Source: Neorhizobium sp. UBA3556
Lineage (GTDB): Bacteria > Pseudomonadota > Alphaproteobacteria > Rhizobiales > Rhizobiaceae
Reading direction: 5' to 3'
Assembly: GCA_002376235.1 (NCBI GenBank)
Contig: DFNX01000006.1
Span: forward strand, 235,020-299,019
Length of the DNA: 64,000 nt
In this document: piece by piece, positions 1 through 9,671 of the stretch
How positions within the stretch are numbered: position 1 is the stretch's first letter
How the letters are laid out: each line of letters begins with the position of its first letter
Notes under the pieces: generated by a model
What the model saw: the letters and a program-made list of their open reading frames with translations, nothing else
Told to the model about the DNA's origin: nothing
The model's database searches: none
Position numbers and translations under genes: made by a program

Positions 1-1088
1 ATCTTGTTCTGCTTGTCGGTGGTGATGATCTTCGTATGGAAGCATTCGGCCACCCGTGGCAGCGACGGCATGATACACTGGACGTCGAGAACCATGGCAT
101 CCAGCGCGCCGGTCAGGATGGGCAATTCCTGAGACAGGTAGTTGGTGGCCAGCGGAATGCCGTGGCGCACCATGATCTCGTTGCCGGTGCAGCAGATGCC
201 GATGACGTTGATGCCTTCCTTGGCACCGGCCGCGATGGCCTCCGCGTTGAGATCGGCGGCGACGTCGCAGATGATGTCCGAGAGTAGCGGATTGTGACCG
301 TTGACGGCGATGTTGACGGCATCCTTTTTCAGGACCCCCATATTGGATGTCGTCTTGACCGGCGATGGTGTGCCGAACAGCGTGTCGGAGAGTTCCGTCG
401 CCAGCATTTCGCCGTCAAGGTCGGCAAGCGCCACGCGCAGGCCGCCGAGGATAAGGTTGGTCGGATCGGCGTCGCAACCGAGATGCGTGCGCGACATGGA
501 CTGGGCGACGGAGGCATCGATATTGTGTGGCAGAAGCTCCAACTCGCCGAGCTTCTTCAGGCGCGGTGCCGGAAGTGACGCATTCAGCCAATTGCAGGGC
601 TGGTCATAATCCTGGTTCTGGAAGTCGTTGAGGGTGATATCGGCAAGTTCTCTGACGATCGCCATCAACTCGCGACCATCGGTATTCACGCCCAGCCGTT
701 TGGCAACGACCATAAGCTTTTCCTGATCGCGGATCGAATAGTCCTTCAGATGGCCCTTGCTCAAGTGCAGCATGGCAAGCGCTATATGACGACCGTGCTC
801 CGAATGGGCGGCCGCGCCTGAGGCCATCATGCGCACCATGTGGCGGGCGACAATCGTGTCACGGTCGGCACCGCAGACGCCGAATTGCGGGCCTTTGCCG
901 AACGGGTCGATCCGACACGGTCCCTTCAGACAGATGCGGCAGCAAAGGCCGGTGGTTCCGAAACCGCATTGCGGCTGCTGCGCAGCGTAGCGGCTCCAGG
1001 CGGTATCGATGCTTTGGGCTTCGGCAATCGCCAGCATTTCGGTGGCGGCGGGATCGCACGAGCAGCTGGAGCAGTCTAGACAGGCCAT
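1..1088 (-). CDS. cooS: Anaerobic Ni,Fe carbon monoxide dehydrogenase catalytic subunit (5' part; runs off the window)
   Basis: Absent from the ORF track because there is no stop in the window. Manual translation from ATG 1088 (RBS GAGGAGG): MACLDCSSCSCDPAATEML...QQPQCGFGTTGLCCRICLKGPCRIDPFG...GVCGADRDTIVARH...AAHSEHGRH...VNGHNP...GICCTGNE...DVQCIMP. These are the D/B-cluster cysteines and C-cluster ligand motifs of R. rubrum-type CooS. Confidence 0.97.
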   Translation of the reverse strand, partial: MACLDCSSCSCDPAATEMLAIAEAQSIDTAWSRYAAQQPQCGFGTTGLCCRICLKGPCRIDPFGKGPQFGVCGADRDTIVARHMVRMMASGAAAHSEHGRHIALAMLHLSKGHLKDYSIRDQEKLMVVAKRLGVNTDGRELMAIVRELADITLNDFQNQDYDQPCNWLNASLPAPRLKKLGELELLPHNIDASVAQSMSRTHLGCDADPTNLILGGLRVALADLDGEMLATELSDTLFGTPSPVKTTSNMGVLKKDAVNIAVNGHNPLLSDIICDVAADLNAEAIAAGAKEGINVIGICCTGNEIMVRHGIPLATNYLSQELPILTGALDAMVLDVQCIMPSLPRVAECFHTKIITTDKQNK

Positions 1089-1104
1089 AAATGAGCCTCC
1101 TCGA

Positions 1105-1686
1105 TTAGAGCGAAATACGGATGGAACGATGGGACTGGGCGATCTCGCGGGCGCGGGCGAGCCGCAATGCATCGCGATAGGCGTTGACGTCGACCATCTT
1201 GATCGCCTTGGTCGGACAAGATTCGACGCAGGCCGGATCGGACTTGCCGGTGCTTGCGCGCCATTCGACGCAGAGATCGCATTTCTTGGCGACACCGCGA
1301 TTGGTGATCGACGTGGCCTTCTGCCTCTCTTCGGAGCGTACCGTGATGGATCCGAACGGGCAGACCATGACACAGAGCTTGCAACCTATGCATTGCTGCT
1401 CGACGATCTGGATCTGCCCCTTGGCCTGATGGCAGGCTCCGGTCGGACAGACCAGCGTGCAGGGCGCATCCTCGCACTGGCGACACTGCATCGGCATCGT
1501 CGCGCCATCCACTGAAATGACCTGGTTGCGGGCATGCAGCGGCAGATGCGCCGCAACCGCGCTTACGATATCTTGGCCTTCGCCGCCATGGGCCACCGCG
1601 CAGGCCAATTCGCACGAGTGGCAGCCAAGACAGCGGTCCGGCTCCGCGTAGATGATGACGTTTTCCTTGACTTGCGTTTGCTGCAT
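1105..1686 (-). CDS. cooF: 4Fe-4S ferredoxin-like electron transfer subunit of CODH
   Basis: Four Cys clusters (CLGCHSC, CRQCEDAPC, CIGCKLC, CDLC..PACVESCP). Lies directly upstream of cooS. Start moved to ATG 1686 after a GGAG RBS. Confidence 0.93.
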   Translation of the reverse strand: MQQTQVKENVIIYAEPDRCLGCHSCELACAVAHGGEGQDIVSAVAAHLPLHARNQVISVDGATMPMQCRQCEDAPCTLVCPTGACHQAKGQIQIVEQQCIGCKLCVMVCPFGSITVRSEERQKATSITNRGVAKKCDLCVEWRASTGKSDPACVESCPTKAIKMVDVNAYRDALRLARAREIAQSHRSIRISL

Positions 1687-1720
1687 CTTCCGTTCTCCAG
1701 GTCCGCTTTGCTTGTGGTCG

Positions 1721-2071
1721 CTATGCGTCACAGGCGCAGATGACGATTTCATCGACAGTCATTCCTTCCGAAGGCTGGATCCTCACGTCATTGCCGTGGC
1801 AGGACCCGCATCGAAAGCGCGCGTCTGCGACCAGAATGCTGTCGCACTGCCGGCAAAAGACGCGCACCGGCAGTTGGTTGATCTTGAGTTGGGCGCCGGC
1901 CATGATCGTGTTTTCGGCAAGCAGGCTGAACGAGGATTCCAGAACCGCGGGCTCGATGCCCTGCAGGCCGCCAATCGTCATCGCGATCTCGGTAACCCTG
2001 CCGCCACCACGGCGCTGGGCTTCCTCGCTCACGACCTTCATCAGGGCGCAGGTTATGGTGATCTCGTGCAT
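1721..2071 (-). CDS. hypA: Hydrogenase nickel incorporation protein
   Basis: N-terminal MHE and two CxxC motifs (CRQC, CGSC); 116 aa. Confidence 0.95.
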   Translation of the reverse strand: MHEITITCALMKVVSEEAQRRGGGRVTEIAMTIGGLQGIEPAVLESSFSLLAENTIMAGAQLKINQLPVRVFCRQCDSILVADARFRCGSCHGNDVRIQPSEGMTVDEIVICACDA

Positions 2072-2131
2072 GTCTGCGACGCTCCAACCTCTCTCCTGAG
2101 AACCGGGTTACGCCTGTCCGGTAGAAGGTTC

Positions 2132-2147
2132 TGTCAGCCAGACGACA
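2132..2147 (-). promoter_or_regulatory. CooA-type binding site upstream of hypA-cooF-cooS
   Basis: TGTCA-GCCAGA-CGACA on the + strand matches the CooA consensus TGTCA-N6-CGACA, about 60 nt upstream of the hypA start. Confidence 0.8.
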
Positions 2148-2182
2148 AACCCGGAAGCGAAGGGGTTTCTGCGTCAAAACGC

Positions 2183-2218
2183 GCATGGCGTGCGCATTTT
2201 TCGATGCGCACGCCATGC
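2183..2218 (-). terminator. Stem-loop after cooH (probable intrinsic terminator)
   Basis: Perfect 15-bp inverted repeat GCATGGCGTGCGCAT/ATGCGCACGCCATGC, followed on the minus strand by GCGTTTTG. Confidence 0.7.
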
Positions 2219-2246
2219 AGGGAGACGACTTGGGGAGCGAAAAGAC

Positions 2247-3332
2247 TTATCGCTCGGTGCAGGAAATGCAGGGGTCGATGCTGTTGACGATCAATGGAAT
2301 ATCGGAAATGCGTCCACCGACCATCATCACCTCAAGCGCATCCCAGTTCATGTAGGTCGGCACGCGCCACTTCACCCGCGCCGGAATGTCGGTGCCATCG
2401 GTCTTCAGGTAATAGATCAGTTCACCACGCGGCGCCTCGACCTTGGTGATCGCCTCGCCCGCCGGTATGAACGGCAAGGGACCGGCCGTCAGCGGACCTT
2501 CCGGCAGTTCGCGCAGGCAAAGCCGCATCAGTCGGATGGCCTCGACCACTTCCTTCAGCCGCACCATGGCCCGCGACCAGACATCGCCATCCGGGTAGGT
2601 GATAACCTCGACATCGAGACGATCATAGACCGCGTAGGGGGCGGCGGTGCGCACGTCGTAGGCGTAGCCCGACCCGCGTGCGACAGGTCCCATCAGCCCG
2701 TAATCGATGCACTGTTCGCGGTTGATCAGACCGACGCCGCGGGTCCGCGACAGGATGGACGAATTGGTCTCGTATAGAGGAATGATCTCCTTGACGAGGA
2801 TCGGTTCCAGCTTGTTAAGCTGGGCTATCACATAGGCGATGCGATCCTCGGCGATATCGAACTTGACGCCACCGATGACATTGGCGGCCAGATCCATGCG
2901 GTTGCCGAACACCGTCTCCTTGGTGTCCTGCATGATCTCGCGCGCTTCCATGACATGCATGAAAAGCGACTCAAAGCCGACGATATGGGCCAGAATCGCC
3001 ACATTGAACATGTTGGACGCAGCGCGCTTGATCTCGTCGGCTATCACCCTGAGATACTGCGCCCGTTCCGGCACCTCGATACCGGCGATCTTTTCCAGCC
3101 CCATGCAATAGGCCTGCGGATGGCTGTTGGAGCATAGCGAGCAGACCCGCTCGATCAGAGCAAGATTTTGATAGATGTTACGCTTTGCCGTGAGGTACTC
3201 GATGCCGCGATGGACATGGCCGGCGGTTATCTCGATGCCTGCGACCTGTTCGCCTTCCACGTCGATGCGGAAGTACATAGGCTCTTCGAGCGAGACGTGA
3301 AGCGGACCTACAGGCATATCAAAGGATTTCAT
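2247..3332 (-). CDS. cooH: Group 4 (Coo-type) energy-converting [NiFe] hydrogenase large subunit
   Basis: L1 motif RVCSLCSNSH and L2 motif DPCISCTER at the extreme C-terminus with no cleavable extension; 361 aa. Confidence 0.95.
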   Translation of the reverse strand: MKSFDMPVGPLHVSLEEPMYFRIDVEGEQVAGIEITAGHVHRGIEYLTAKRNIYQNLALIERVCSLCSNSHPQAYCMGLEKIAGIEVPERAQYLRVIADEIKRAASNMFNVAILAHIVGFESLFMHVMEAREIMQDTKETVFGNRMDLAANVIGGVKFDIAEDRIAYVIAQLNKLEPILVKEIIPLYETNSSILSRTRGVGLINREQCIDYGLMGPVARGSGYAYDVRTAAPYAVYDRLDVEVITYPDGDVWSRAMVRLKEVVEAIRLMRLCLRELPEGPLTAGPLPFIPAGEAITKVEAPRGELIYYLKTDGTDIPARVKWRVPTYMNWDALEVMMVGGRISDIPLIVNSIDPCISCTER

Positions 3333-3847
3333 CTCAACTTCTCCCGATCGACGATCAGTTTCTCGAACAGCATGGTCGTACTTGCTGCATTGGACAGGAC
3401 GGAGAGCGGGATGAGCCGCTGCATCACCCGTCGGTCGACGGTTTCGTCAAGGAACAGCCGCCGACTGTTGGCGCGGCCGCTGACATGCAGATCGTAGAGT
3501 TCCATGAACTCGCGTTCGTGCCAGTCGGCATTACGATAAAGCGGCACGATGGTTTCCACGCTGCCACCTGGCTCGACGCCCACCTTCAATGTGACCGTGC
3601 TTCCATCTAGGTCGAAGTGATAGGCGATCGTGTTGATGCCCTCGGGCTGGTCCGCCAGAGCGGTGATCATGCTCAACCGCGCGCCGATTGCCTTGAGCGC
3701 TCGGGCCGCGGCAACCAGATCCGTGCTGTTTTGCAGCGTGATCCAGGCCGTCACCCTGCCATGCCGGTCGCCGTCGAAGGAAAATTCTCCCGGGATCGTG
3801 CGGGCAACAGATGCCACAAGGTCAATGATGTCAGAGGCTTCGTTCAT
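3329..3847 (-). CDS. cooU: CO-induced hydrogenase NuoC-like subunit
   Basis: ADWHEREFMELY motif of the 30-kDa NuoC family; lies between cooX and cooH. Confidence 0.88.
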   Translation of the reverse strand: MNEASDIIDLVASVARTIPGEFSFDGDRHGRVTAWITLQNSTDLVAAARALKAIGARLSMITALADQPEGINTIAYHFDLDGSTVTLKVGVEPGGSVETIVPLYRNADWHEREFMELYDLHVSGRANSRRLFLDETVDRRVMQRLIPLSVLSNAASTTMLFEKLIVDREKLR

Positions 3848-4344
3848 AGCGCTTCTCCACTATAGCTGGCCTTACGCCGGCAATCCGGGCACATGTTCAT
3901 CAATCGCTGAGACCGCGGGTTGGTGCCCTTGAAGGCAAGTTGATGCAGCATCGGCCCGCCCGGCTGCAGCCGCTCGCCGCAGGAGGTGCAGTGCCGGTAG
4001 GGGACGACCGCATGGTCGACCTGCTCGTATTTTTCTTCCTGCAGATGCGACAGGTGCCAGTCATTGCTGAGCTTGATCGCCTGGGTCGGGCAATAGTGGG
4101 CGCACAGACCGCACGAAATGCAGGTGTTGTGCCAGATGAGAAAATGCAGTCCGTCTTCCTTTTCGGAGAAACGGATGGCGCCTCCGGCACAGACATGTTC
4201 ACACATATTGCAGCCGACGCAGTTCGTTTCGTCGAACGTCACCTTGCCGCGATAGGCATCGGGCGTCGCCGCCTCGCCGAAGGGAAAGGCCTCGGTCGCC
4301 GGTCCCTTGCGCAGATTGTCGAAGAGGATCTTCAGGAATGCCAT
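3844..4344 (-). CDS. cooX: CO-induced hydrogenase Fe-S subunit (NuoI-like)
   Basis: CVGCNMCEHVC, CISCGLCAHYCP, plus CTSC and CPDC. Confidence 0.9.
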   Translation of the reverse strand: MAFLKILFDNLRKGPATEAFPFGEAATPDAYRGKVTFDETNCVGCNMCEHVCAGGAIRFSEKEDGLHFLIWHNTCISCGLCAHYCPTQAIKLSNDWHLSHLQEEKYEQVDHAVVPYRHCTSCGERLQPGGPMLHQLAFKGTNPRSQRLMNMCPDCRRKASYSGEAL

Positions 4345-4353
4345 GACTATCTC

Positions 4354-4782
4354 CTATGCCCGCTTCGCCCAGATCTCGATCGCCTTGGCGATGCCCTCGA
4401 TGATCGCTTGAGGACGAGGCGGACAGCCTGGCACGTTGACATCCACCGGCAGGTAGCGGTCGATCGGACCTTCAATGGCATAACTTTCGCGAAACACGCC
4501 GCCGGAGATCGGACAGATGCCGACCGCGACCGTTACCTTGGGATCGGGGATCTCATCATAGACGCGCAGAACCTTGTCCTTGACGCGCGCCGTCAGTGGC
4601 CCGGTGATCAGTACGATGTCAGCATGTTTGGGGCTGCCGCAATACTGGCAGCCGAGACGTTCCACGTCGTAGCGCGGAATACAGGCCGTGGTGGCAAGCT
4701 CGACATCGCATCCGTTGCAGGAACCTGCGTTGATCCGGTAGAGCCAGGGAGATTTTCGGGCGGCCTTGGAAAAGAAGTCCAT
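4354..4782 (-). CDS. cooL: CO-induced hydrogenase small subunit (NuoB-like)
   Basis: GSCNGCDVE, GICPISGG and PGCPPRP motifs; 142 aa. Confidence 0.93.
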   Translation of the reverse strand: MDFFSKAARKSPWLYRINAGSCNGCDVELATTACIPRYDVERLGCQYCGSPKHADIVLITGPLTARVKDKVLRVYDEIPDPKVTVAVGICPISGGVFRESYAIEGPIDRYLPVDVNVPGCPPRPQAIIEGIAKAIEIWAKRA

Positions 4783-4793
4783 GGGGCGATTTC

Positions 4794-5759
4794 CTAGAAG
4801 CGAGCAATGACGAGAGCGAGCCCGGCAAAACCGAGTAATTCAGGCCATTTGAGGTAGAAGAGTACGGCCTGATCGATGCGCATGCGGCCGACTGCGGCCT
4901 TCAGCAACGACACGGCGAGAACAAGCACGAGGCACTTGGCGAGAAAGATGAACAACCCTGCGAGGCCTGTGGGGCCGTTAGGGAAAAACAGTGCGATGCC
5001 AAGCCCGAGAACGACCACGGACTTGGTGACGGACATCAGCTTCATGAGCCCGAGCGGTGGGCCGGAATATTCCACCAATGGCCCTTCCAGCACCTCCGAT
5101 TCCGCCTCCGGGATATCGAAGGGTGCGATACCGAGATTGGCCGGAATGAAGCAGAGATAGGTCAGAAGCGCCGGCCACATCCACGGATCGAACAGGAAGG
5201 CACCGTGTTCCTGCTGGTAGCGGACGATTTCGGTCAGGCTGAGCAGGATCGGTTGGCCGGTCAAGGCACCGGCATGCAGCGCGACAGCCACCAGTGACAA
5301 AAGGATCGGTCCTTCATAGGCCAGCACGATTGCCATCTCGCGGGAAAAGCCGATTGCGCCATAGGGAGAACCGGACGCCGATCCGGCGAGCATCAGCGAT
5401 ACCGCGGGTATCGAAATCAGGTAGAACAGCACGACGAGATTGCCGAGACCCGCGCTTGGCTCGTAAAAGCCGGGGATCGGGATCATCGATGCGGCAACCG
5501 CCATGCTGGCAAGACCGGCGACCGGTACGGCCAGAAACACGAAGGCATTGGCGGTATCTGGAATGAGGGTCCGCTTCCGCATCAGCTTGATCAGGTCGTA
5601 GAAGGGCTGGATGAGCGGCGGCCCGATGCGACGCTGCAGACGGGCGATCGCCCGTCGCTCGACACCTTTTAGCGCAAGCCCCAGCGCCATGGCGAACAGG
5701 CCCCCCGGAAAGACCAGCACAGTCAGCAGGGTCCGAAGTGTATCAGTGGTCATGGGCAT
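4794..5759 (-). CDS. cooK: CO-induced hydrogenase membrane subunit (NuoH-like)
   Basis: RLQRRIGPP..QPFYDLIKL and PFDIPEAESEVLEGPLVEYSG motifs; multiple TM helices. Confidence 0.92.
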   Translation of the reverse strand: MPMTTDTLRTLLTVLVFPGGLFAMALGLALKGVERRAIARLQRRIGPPLIQPFYDLIKLMRKRTLIPDTANAFVFLAVPVAGLASMAVAASMIPIPGFYEPSAGLGNLVVLFYLISIPAVSLMLAGSASGSPYGAIGFSREMAIVLAYEGPILLSLVAVALHAGALTGQPILLSLTEIVRYQQEHGAFLFDPWMWPALLTYLCFIPANLGIAPFDIPEAESEVLEGPLVEYSGPPLGLMKLMSVTKSVVVLGLGIALFFPNGPTGLAGLFIFLAKCLVLVLAVSLLKAAVGRMRIDQAVLFYLKWPELLGFAGLALVIARF

Positions 5760-8700
5760 GGCTTTCGGTTTGCGGGTCCTGGATCGACGGTTTGTCGCGC
5801 AAGGCCAGCCGGATCAGACGTTCAGGCGTTTCGTAAAGGGCGGATGCCGGCAGGTGCATGCGGGCATTCGGGATCATCACGCCGCCGCCCGTATGGACAT
5901 AGCTCGTCACATGCCGGCTGCCGGATAACCGATAATAGAGCCAGCCGATCAGGCCCGTCGCGACCAGCGCGACCGTCATGACGAGCGGATTGTAGGAAGA
6001 CACGCCTGGCAGACCGCCCAGCCAGCTTGCTTGCACCGGCTCGAGGCCGAGGCCTGTCTGAAGGTGGGCGATAGGAACCAGAAGCAAGCCTGGAAAGAGG
6101 CCGACCACAATGCTTGCACCGACCAGAAGCAGCATCGGCGCCAGCATCACCATCGGCGCCTCCGCCATCTTCGAGGCTCTTTCCGAAAGCTGGCCCATGA
6201 AGGCGGTGTGGGCGAATTTCAGGATGGCCGCGAGCGTAAACAGGCTCGACATGAGGGCGGACAGTCCCAGCATGTAATGTCCACCCTCGAATGCCGCCTC
6301 GTAGATCAGGAGTTTTGAGCCGAAACCATTGAGCGGCGGGATGCCGGCAAGCGACAGGCCGGCAAATAGGAAGACGGCGAATGTCAGCGGCATCCTCCGG
6401 CCAAGGCCGCCGAGTTCGTCGAGGCTGTTGATATGCGCCTGGGCAAGAATGCAGCCGGCGACGAGGAAAAGGGCATTCTTCAGCAGCATGTGGTTGACGG
6501 CATGCATCAGGCCGCTGGCAATGCCGAGTGACGAACCAAGCGACAGCGCCAGCAGGATATAGCCGAGCTGGCTGACGGTGCTGTAGATCAGAAGCCGCTT
6601 GATGCCGCTCTGCACGACGGCCATGGCGCCGGCATAGAGCACAGTGATTGCGGCGATGACCTGTGTTGCCTGCATCAGGTTCGGCATCCAGCTTGCCGTC
6701 TCTGCCATGCGGATGAAGGCGGCACCGCCGCCGAGCGCCACGAAGAATTTCAACACGCCGTAGGGGCCGACCTTCAGCAGTACCGCCGAGATATAGCCGC
6801 TGACCGGCGTCGGGGCGGGGACGGTGTGCATCTGGTAGTCGATCCGGAACGGCAATTGCGCCGCTTTCATCAGGAAGCCGATCAGGATCAGCGCTGTCGG
6901 GATCATCAGATCGACGGGTGGCACGGCGGAGACGGCTGTAGGAAGGTCGGCAATCTGGAACGTGCCGGCCAAGGCTGCGAGCATGGTGACCCCGAGAAAC
7001 AGGATACTGGCGCCGGCGAAGTTGAAGATGAAATATTTGGTGCCTTCGCGCAGCGCATCCTCTGTTTCGTCATGGCTGATCACGAGGAACAGTGTCCAGC
7101 TGCTCATCAACTCCCAGAAGGCGAAGAAGGAGAACAGATTGCCGCTTGCCGTAACACCCAGCAGGCCGGCGATCATGGCGATGAAATAGAAGTAGAAGCG
7201 GTTCTGCGACCGGCCATGCGCCATGTACCCGATCGAATAGCAGAGGTTGATCGCGCCCATGGCAACGATGGCGATCGCGTACCAGAAGGACAGAGCGTCG
7301 TAGCGGCTTGCCTGCCAGAGAACGGCGGCAAAGGCCGCTATCATGACGATGACTGACAGGGTGCCGGCACGCACAGCATGGCCGCGGCCGAAAAGATAGA
7401 CCATGACTGCGCCGATGGCGGCGACAGCTGCGGCCAACGACCATTGCATGGTGACCGGCGGCAAGGCCGCCGGAACGAGATCACTGGAAGCAGCGAGACG
7501 ATCGATCACCGGCTTGACCAGCTGCAGCAGCGCATCGGGATAGATGCCGTTGAAAACGGTGAGTGCTGCAAGAACACCGACGACGCAGCGCATGGAAAGC
7601 GGCGCTTCGGCAATCTCAGGCCCGTTGTAAGGTTCGAAGAATATCACACGCAGGATACGGGCATAATAGATTGCGCCGATCACACCGCCGATCAGCATCA
7701 CGACGGCAACCGGATAACGCCCGGCCTCGACGCTGGCATAGATCATCATGAACTTGCTGACGAAACCGCTGAACGGCGGCACGCTCATGATCGACAAGAG
7801 GCCGATGCCCATGCAAAACGCGGTGAACGGCATTTTGCGGCCGATGCCCTTTAGCGCATTCAGGCTCTGGGTATGGCCGGCAGCACGCATGATGAAAGCG
7901 CCCGCGCAGAAGAACAGCATGGTCTTCATGATGGCGTGATTGGCGACATGGGTAAGTGCACCCGCAAGCGCGAGATAGGTGCCGACGCCGATTATCATGG
8001 TGATTTCGCCGATCTGGGCGAGCGTCGAATAGGCGAGCATTCGCTTCAGGTCGGTCTGCCGGTAAGCTTGGATCTCGCCGATCAGGAAGGTGATTGCGCC
8101 GAGCAGGATCAGAACCAGGCCAGGGCCTGTCACGTCGCCAAGCAGATCCTGATGCAGAATGGCCGCGCCGCCGAAGGCGACGAACAGGATCTTGACGATG
8201 CCGAGAAGGCCGGCCTTGGTGAGGATGCCCGACATCGGCCCGGAGATGGAAGACGGCGCCACCGGATGTGCTTCAGGCAACCAGCTGTGCAGCGGAAAGA
8301 GGCCGGCCTTGGATCCGAGGCCGATCAGGAAAAGGACTGCGATCAGGCTGCTCATGACTGGCGTCAGTTGCGGCATGCGTTCGGCGATTTCTGCAAGCTC
8401 GAACGTGCCGAGCTGGGCGTGGAGTATGAGGATGCCCAGATGCATGACATAAGCGCCGGACGCGCAGATGAGAAAATATGTTTTGCCGGCTTTGAGTGCC
8501 TTTTCAGTCTGCTCATGGATGACGAGCAGGTAGGAGCTCCAGGTCATCAACTCCCAGAACAGATAGAAATTGCCGAGGTGATCGGAGGTCGCCACGCCGA
8601 TCAGCGAGCCGATCATGATGAAAAGAAAGAAATAATAACGGTTGGCCGCATGCGAATGCGCCATGTAGCGGACCGAATAGACCGTGACGGCAAGGCCGAT

Positions 8701-9564
8701 ACCCGCGAAAATAAGGGCGAAATAATCACCGACATCACCAAGCCTCAACGATGCTGCCATTAAAACCAGCGTCGCAAGGGCAATCGTTACGGCTCCGACG
8801 CTTCGCAGCTTCTGGGAGAAACGACCCAGGACAAAGAGCAGGAAGCCGCCGAGATAGGGCAGGAGGACCTGAGCGTTCCAGCCGGTCTCGAATTCGGGTA
8901 GCTGCGAGAGATCGGCCATGCCTGCGGCATGGGCTGCTGCATCGAGAAACGGTTCTGGAAACAAGCTGAGCCCGATCGTGATCACGGCGAGCAGCGCCAT
9001 CGGTATATCGGCCGCGGTCAGTTTGAAGAACGAGATCGGCTTGTCCTGCAGGATGCCGTGGCTCTGGCGCTGAAGACAGATCGCCTGGACTACACGGATG
9101 AAATAGACCGCGCTGATCATGCTGGCGATGGTTCCGCCAAGCGCCAGCACCCACGCACCGTTCTCGATATCGGCGTAGAGGATGACGAATTTCGAGAAAG
9201 CACCCTTGAACGGCGACAGACCCATGACCGAGAACATGCCGAAACCGAACATCAGCGAGGCGAAAGGAAAGCGCTCGGAACTACCGACGAGATCGTCGAG
9301 CTTGGATGAGCCGGTGCGCCGTATCAGATGAGCGGCGGCAGTGATCACCAAGAGACGCATGACGACCTGATAACCGAGATGCATCACCGCGCCGGTATCG
9401 CCGATCAATGTTCCCGCACCGATCCCCATCAACACATAGCCGATTTCGGCAAGACAGGAGGCGGCAAGCATCCGCCTTATGTCCCGGATCATAAGCAATG
9501 CAGCGATTTCACTCGCCAGAGTGAGAAAAAGGCCGATCCAGCCTATGATTGAAATATTATCCAT
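5743..9564 (-). CDS. cooM: CO-induced hydrogenase large antiporter-like membrane subunit
   Basis: About 1270 aa with repeated NuoL/M/N (Mrp-like) modules (FWELM twice, WLPEAHPVAP, HTVPAPTP, LAYST/LIYST). ATG 9564 chosen over TTG 9573. Confidence 0.92.
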   Translation of the reverse strand: MDNISIIGWIGLFLTLASEIAALLMIRDIRRMLAASCLAEIGYVLMGIGAGTLIGDTGAVMHLGYQVVMRLLVITAAAHLIRRTGSSKLDDLVGSSERFPFASLMFGFGMFSVMGLSPFKGAFSKFVILYADIENGAWVLALGGTIASMISAVYFIRVVQAICLQRQSHGILQDKPISFFKLTAADIPMALLAVITIGLSLFPEPFLDAAAHAAGMADLSQLPEFETGWNAQVLLPYLGGFLLFVLGRFSQKLRSVGAVTIALATLVLMAASLRLGDVGDYFALIFAGIGLAVTVYSVRYMAHSHAANRYYFFLFIMIGSLIGVATSDHLGNFYLFWELMTWSSYLLVIHEQTEKALKAGKTYFLICASGAYVMHLGILILHAQLGTFELAEIAERMPQLTPVMSSLIAVLFLIGLGSKAGLFPLHSWLPEAHPVAPSSISGPMSGILTKAGLLGIVKILFVAFGGAAILHQDLLGDVTGPGLVLILLGAITFLIGEIQAYRQTDLKRMLAYSTLAQIGEITMIIGVGTYLALAGALTHVANHAIMKTMLFFCAGAFIMRAAGHTQSLNALKGIGRKMPFTAFCMGIGLLSIMSVPPFSGFVSKFMMIYASVEAGRYPVAVVMLIGGVIGAIYYARILRVIFFEPYNGPEIAEAPLSMRCVVGVLAALTVFNGIYPDALLQLVKPVIDRLAASSDLVPAALPPVTMQWSLAAAVAAIGAVMVYLFGRGHAVRAGTLSVIVMIAAFAAVLWQASRYDALSFWYAIAIVAMGAINLCYSIGYMAHGRSQNRFYFYFIAMIAGLLGVTASGNLFSFFAFWELMSSWTLFLVISHDETEDALREGTKYFIFNFAGASILFLGVTMLAALAGTFQIADLPTAVSAVPPVDLMIPTALILIGFLMKAAQLPFRIDYQMHTVPAPTPVSGYISAVLLKVGPYGVLKFFVALGGGAAFIRMAETASWMPNLMQATQVIAAITVLYAGAMAVVQSGIKRLLIYSTVSQLGYILLALSLGSSLGIASGLMHAVNHMLLKNALFLVAGCILAQAHINSLDELGGLGRRMPLTFAVFLFAGLSLAGIPPLNGFGSKLLIYEAAFEGGHYMLGLSALMSSLFTLAAILKFAHTAFMGQLSERASKMAEAPMVMLAPMLLLVGASIVVGLFPGLLLVPIAHLQTGLGLEPVQASWLGGLPGVSSYNPLVMTVALVATGLIGWLYYRLSGSRHVTSYVHTGGGVMIPNARMHLPASALYETPERLIRLALRDKPSIQDPQTESHAHDH

Positions 9565-9637
9565 GAACTGCAACCGTCGTTCGTACCTGCCCTCCCGGGC
9601 GTTAGGACTACGGATAGGGCGGTTGCAGCGGAAATTC

Positions 9638-9653
9638 CGTCAGCCAGCGGACA
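9638..9653 (-). promoter_or_regulatory. Second CooA-type binding site upstream of cooM
   Basis: Minus strand reads AAT-TGTCC-GCTGGC-TGACG-GAATT. Half-sites and spacer closely resemble the 2132-2147 site (TGTCG-TCTGGC-TGACA on minus). Confidence 0.7.
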
Positions 9654-9671
9654 ATTCAGCGGTCCTTAGGG

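Noticed and set aside
2247..9564. Complex I (nuo), Mrp antiporter or formate hydrogenlyase operon
   Set aside because: The large subunit has both Ni-binding CxxC motifs, and the order M-K-L-X-U-H next to cooF/cooS is the Coo arrangement.
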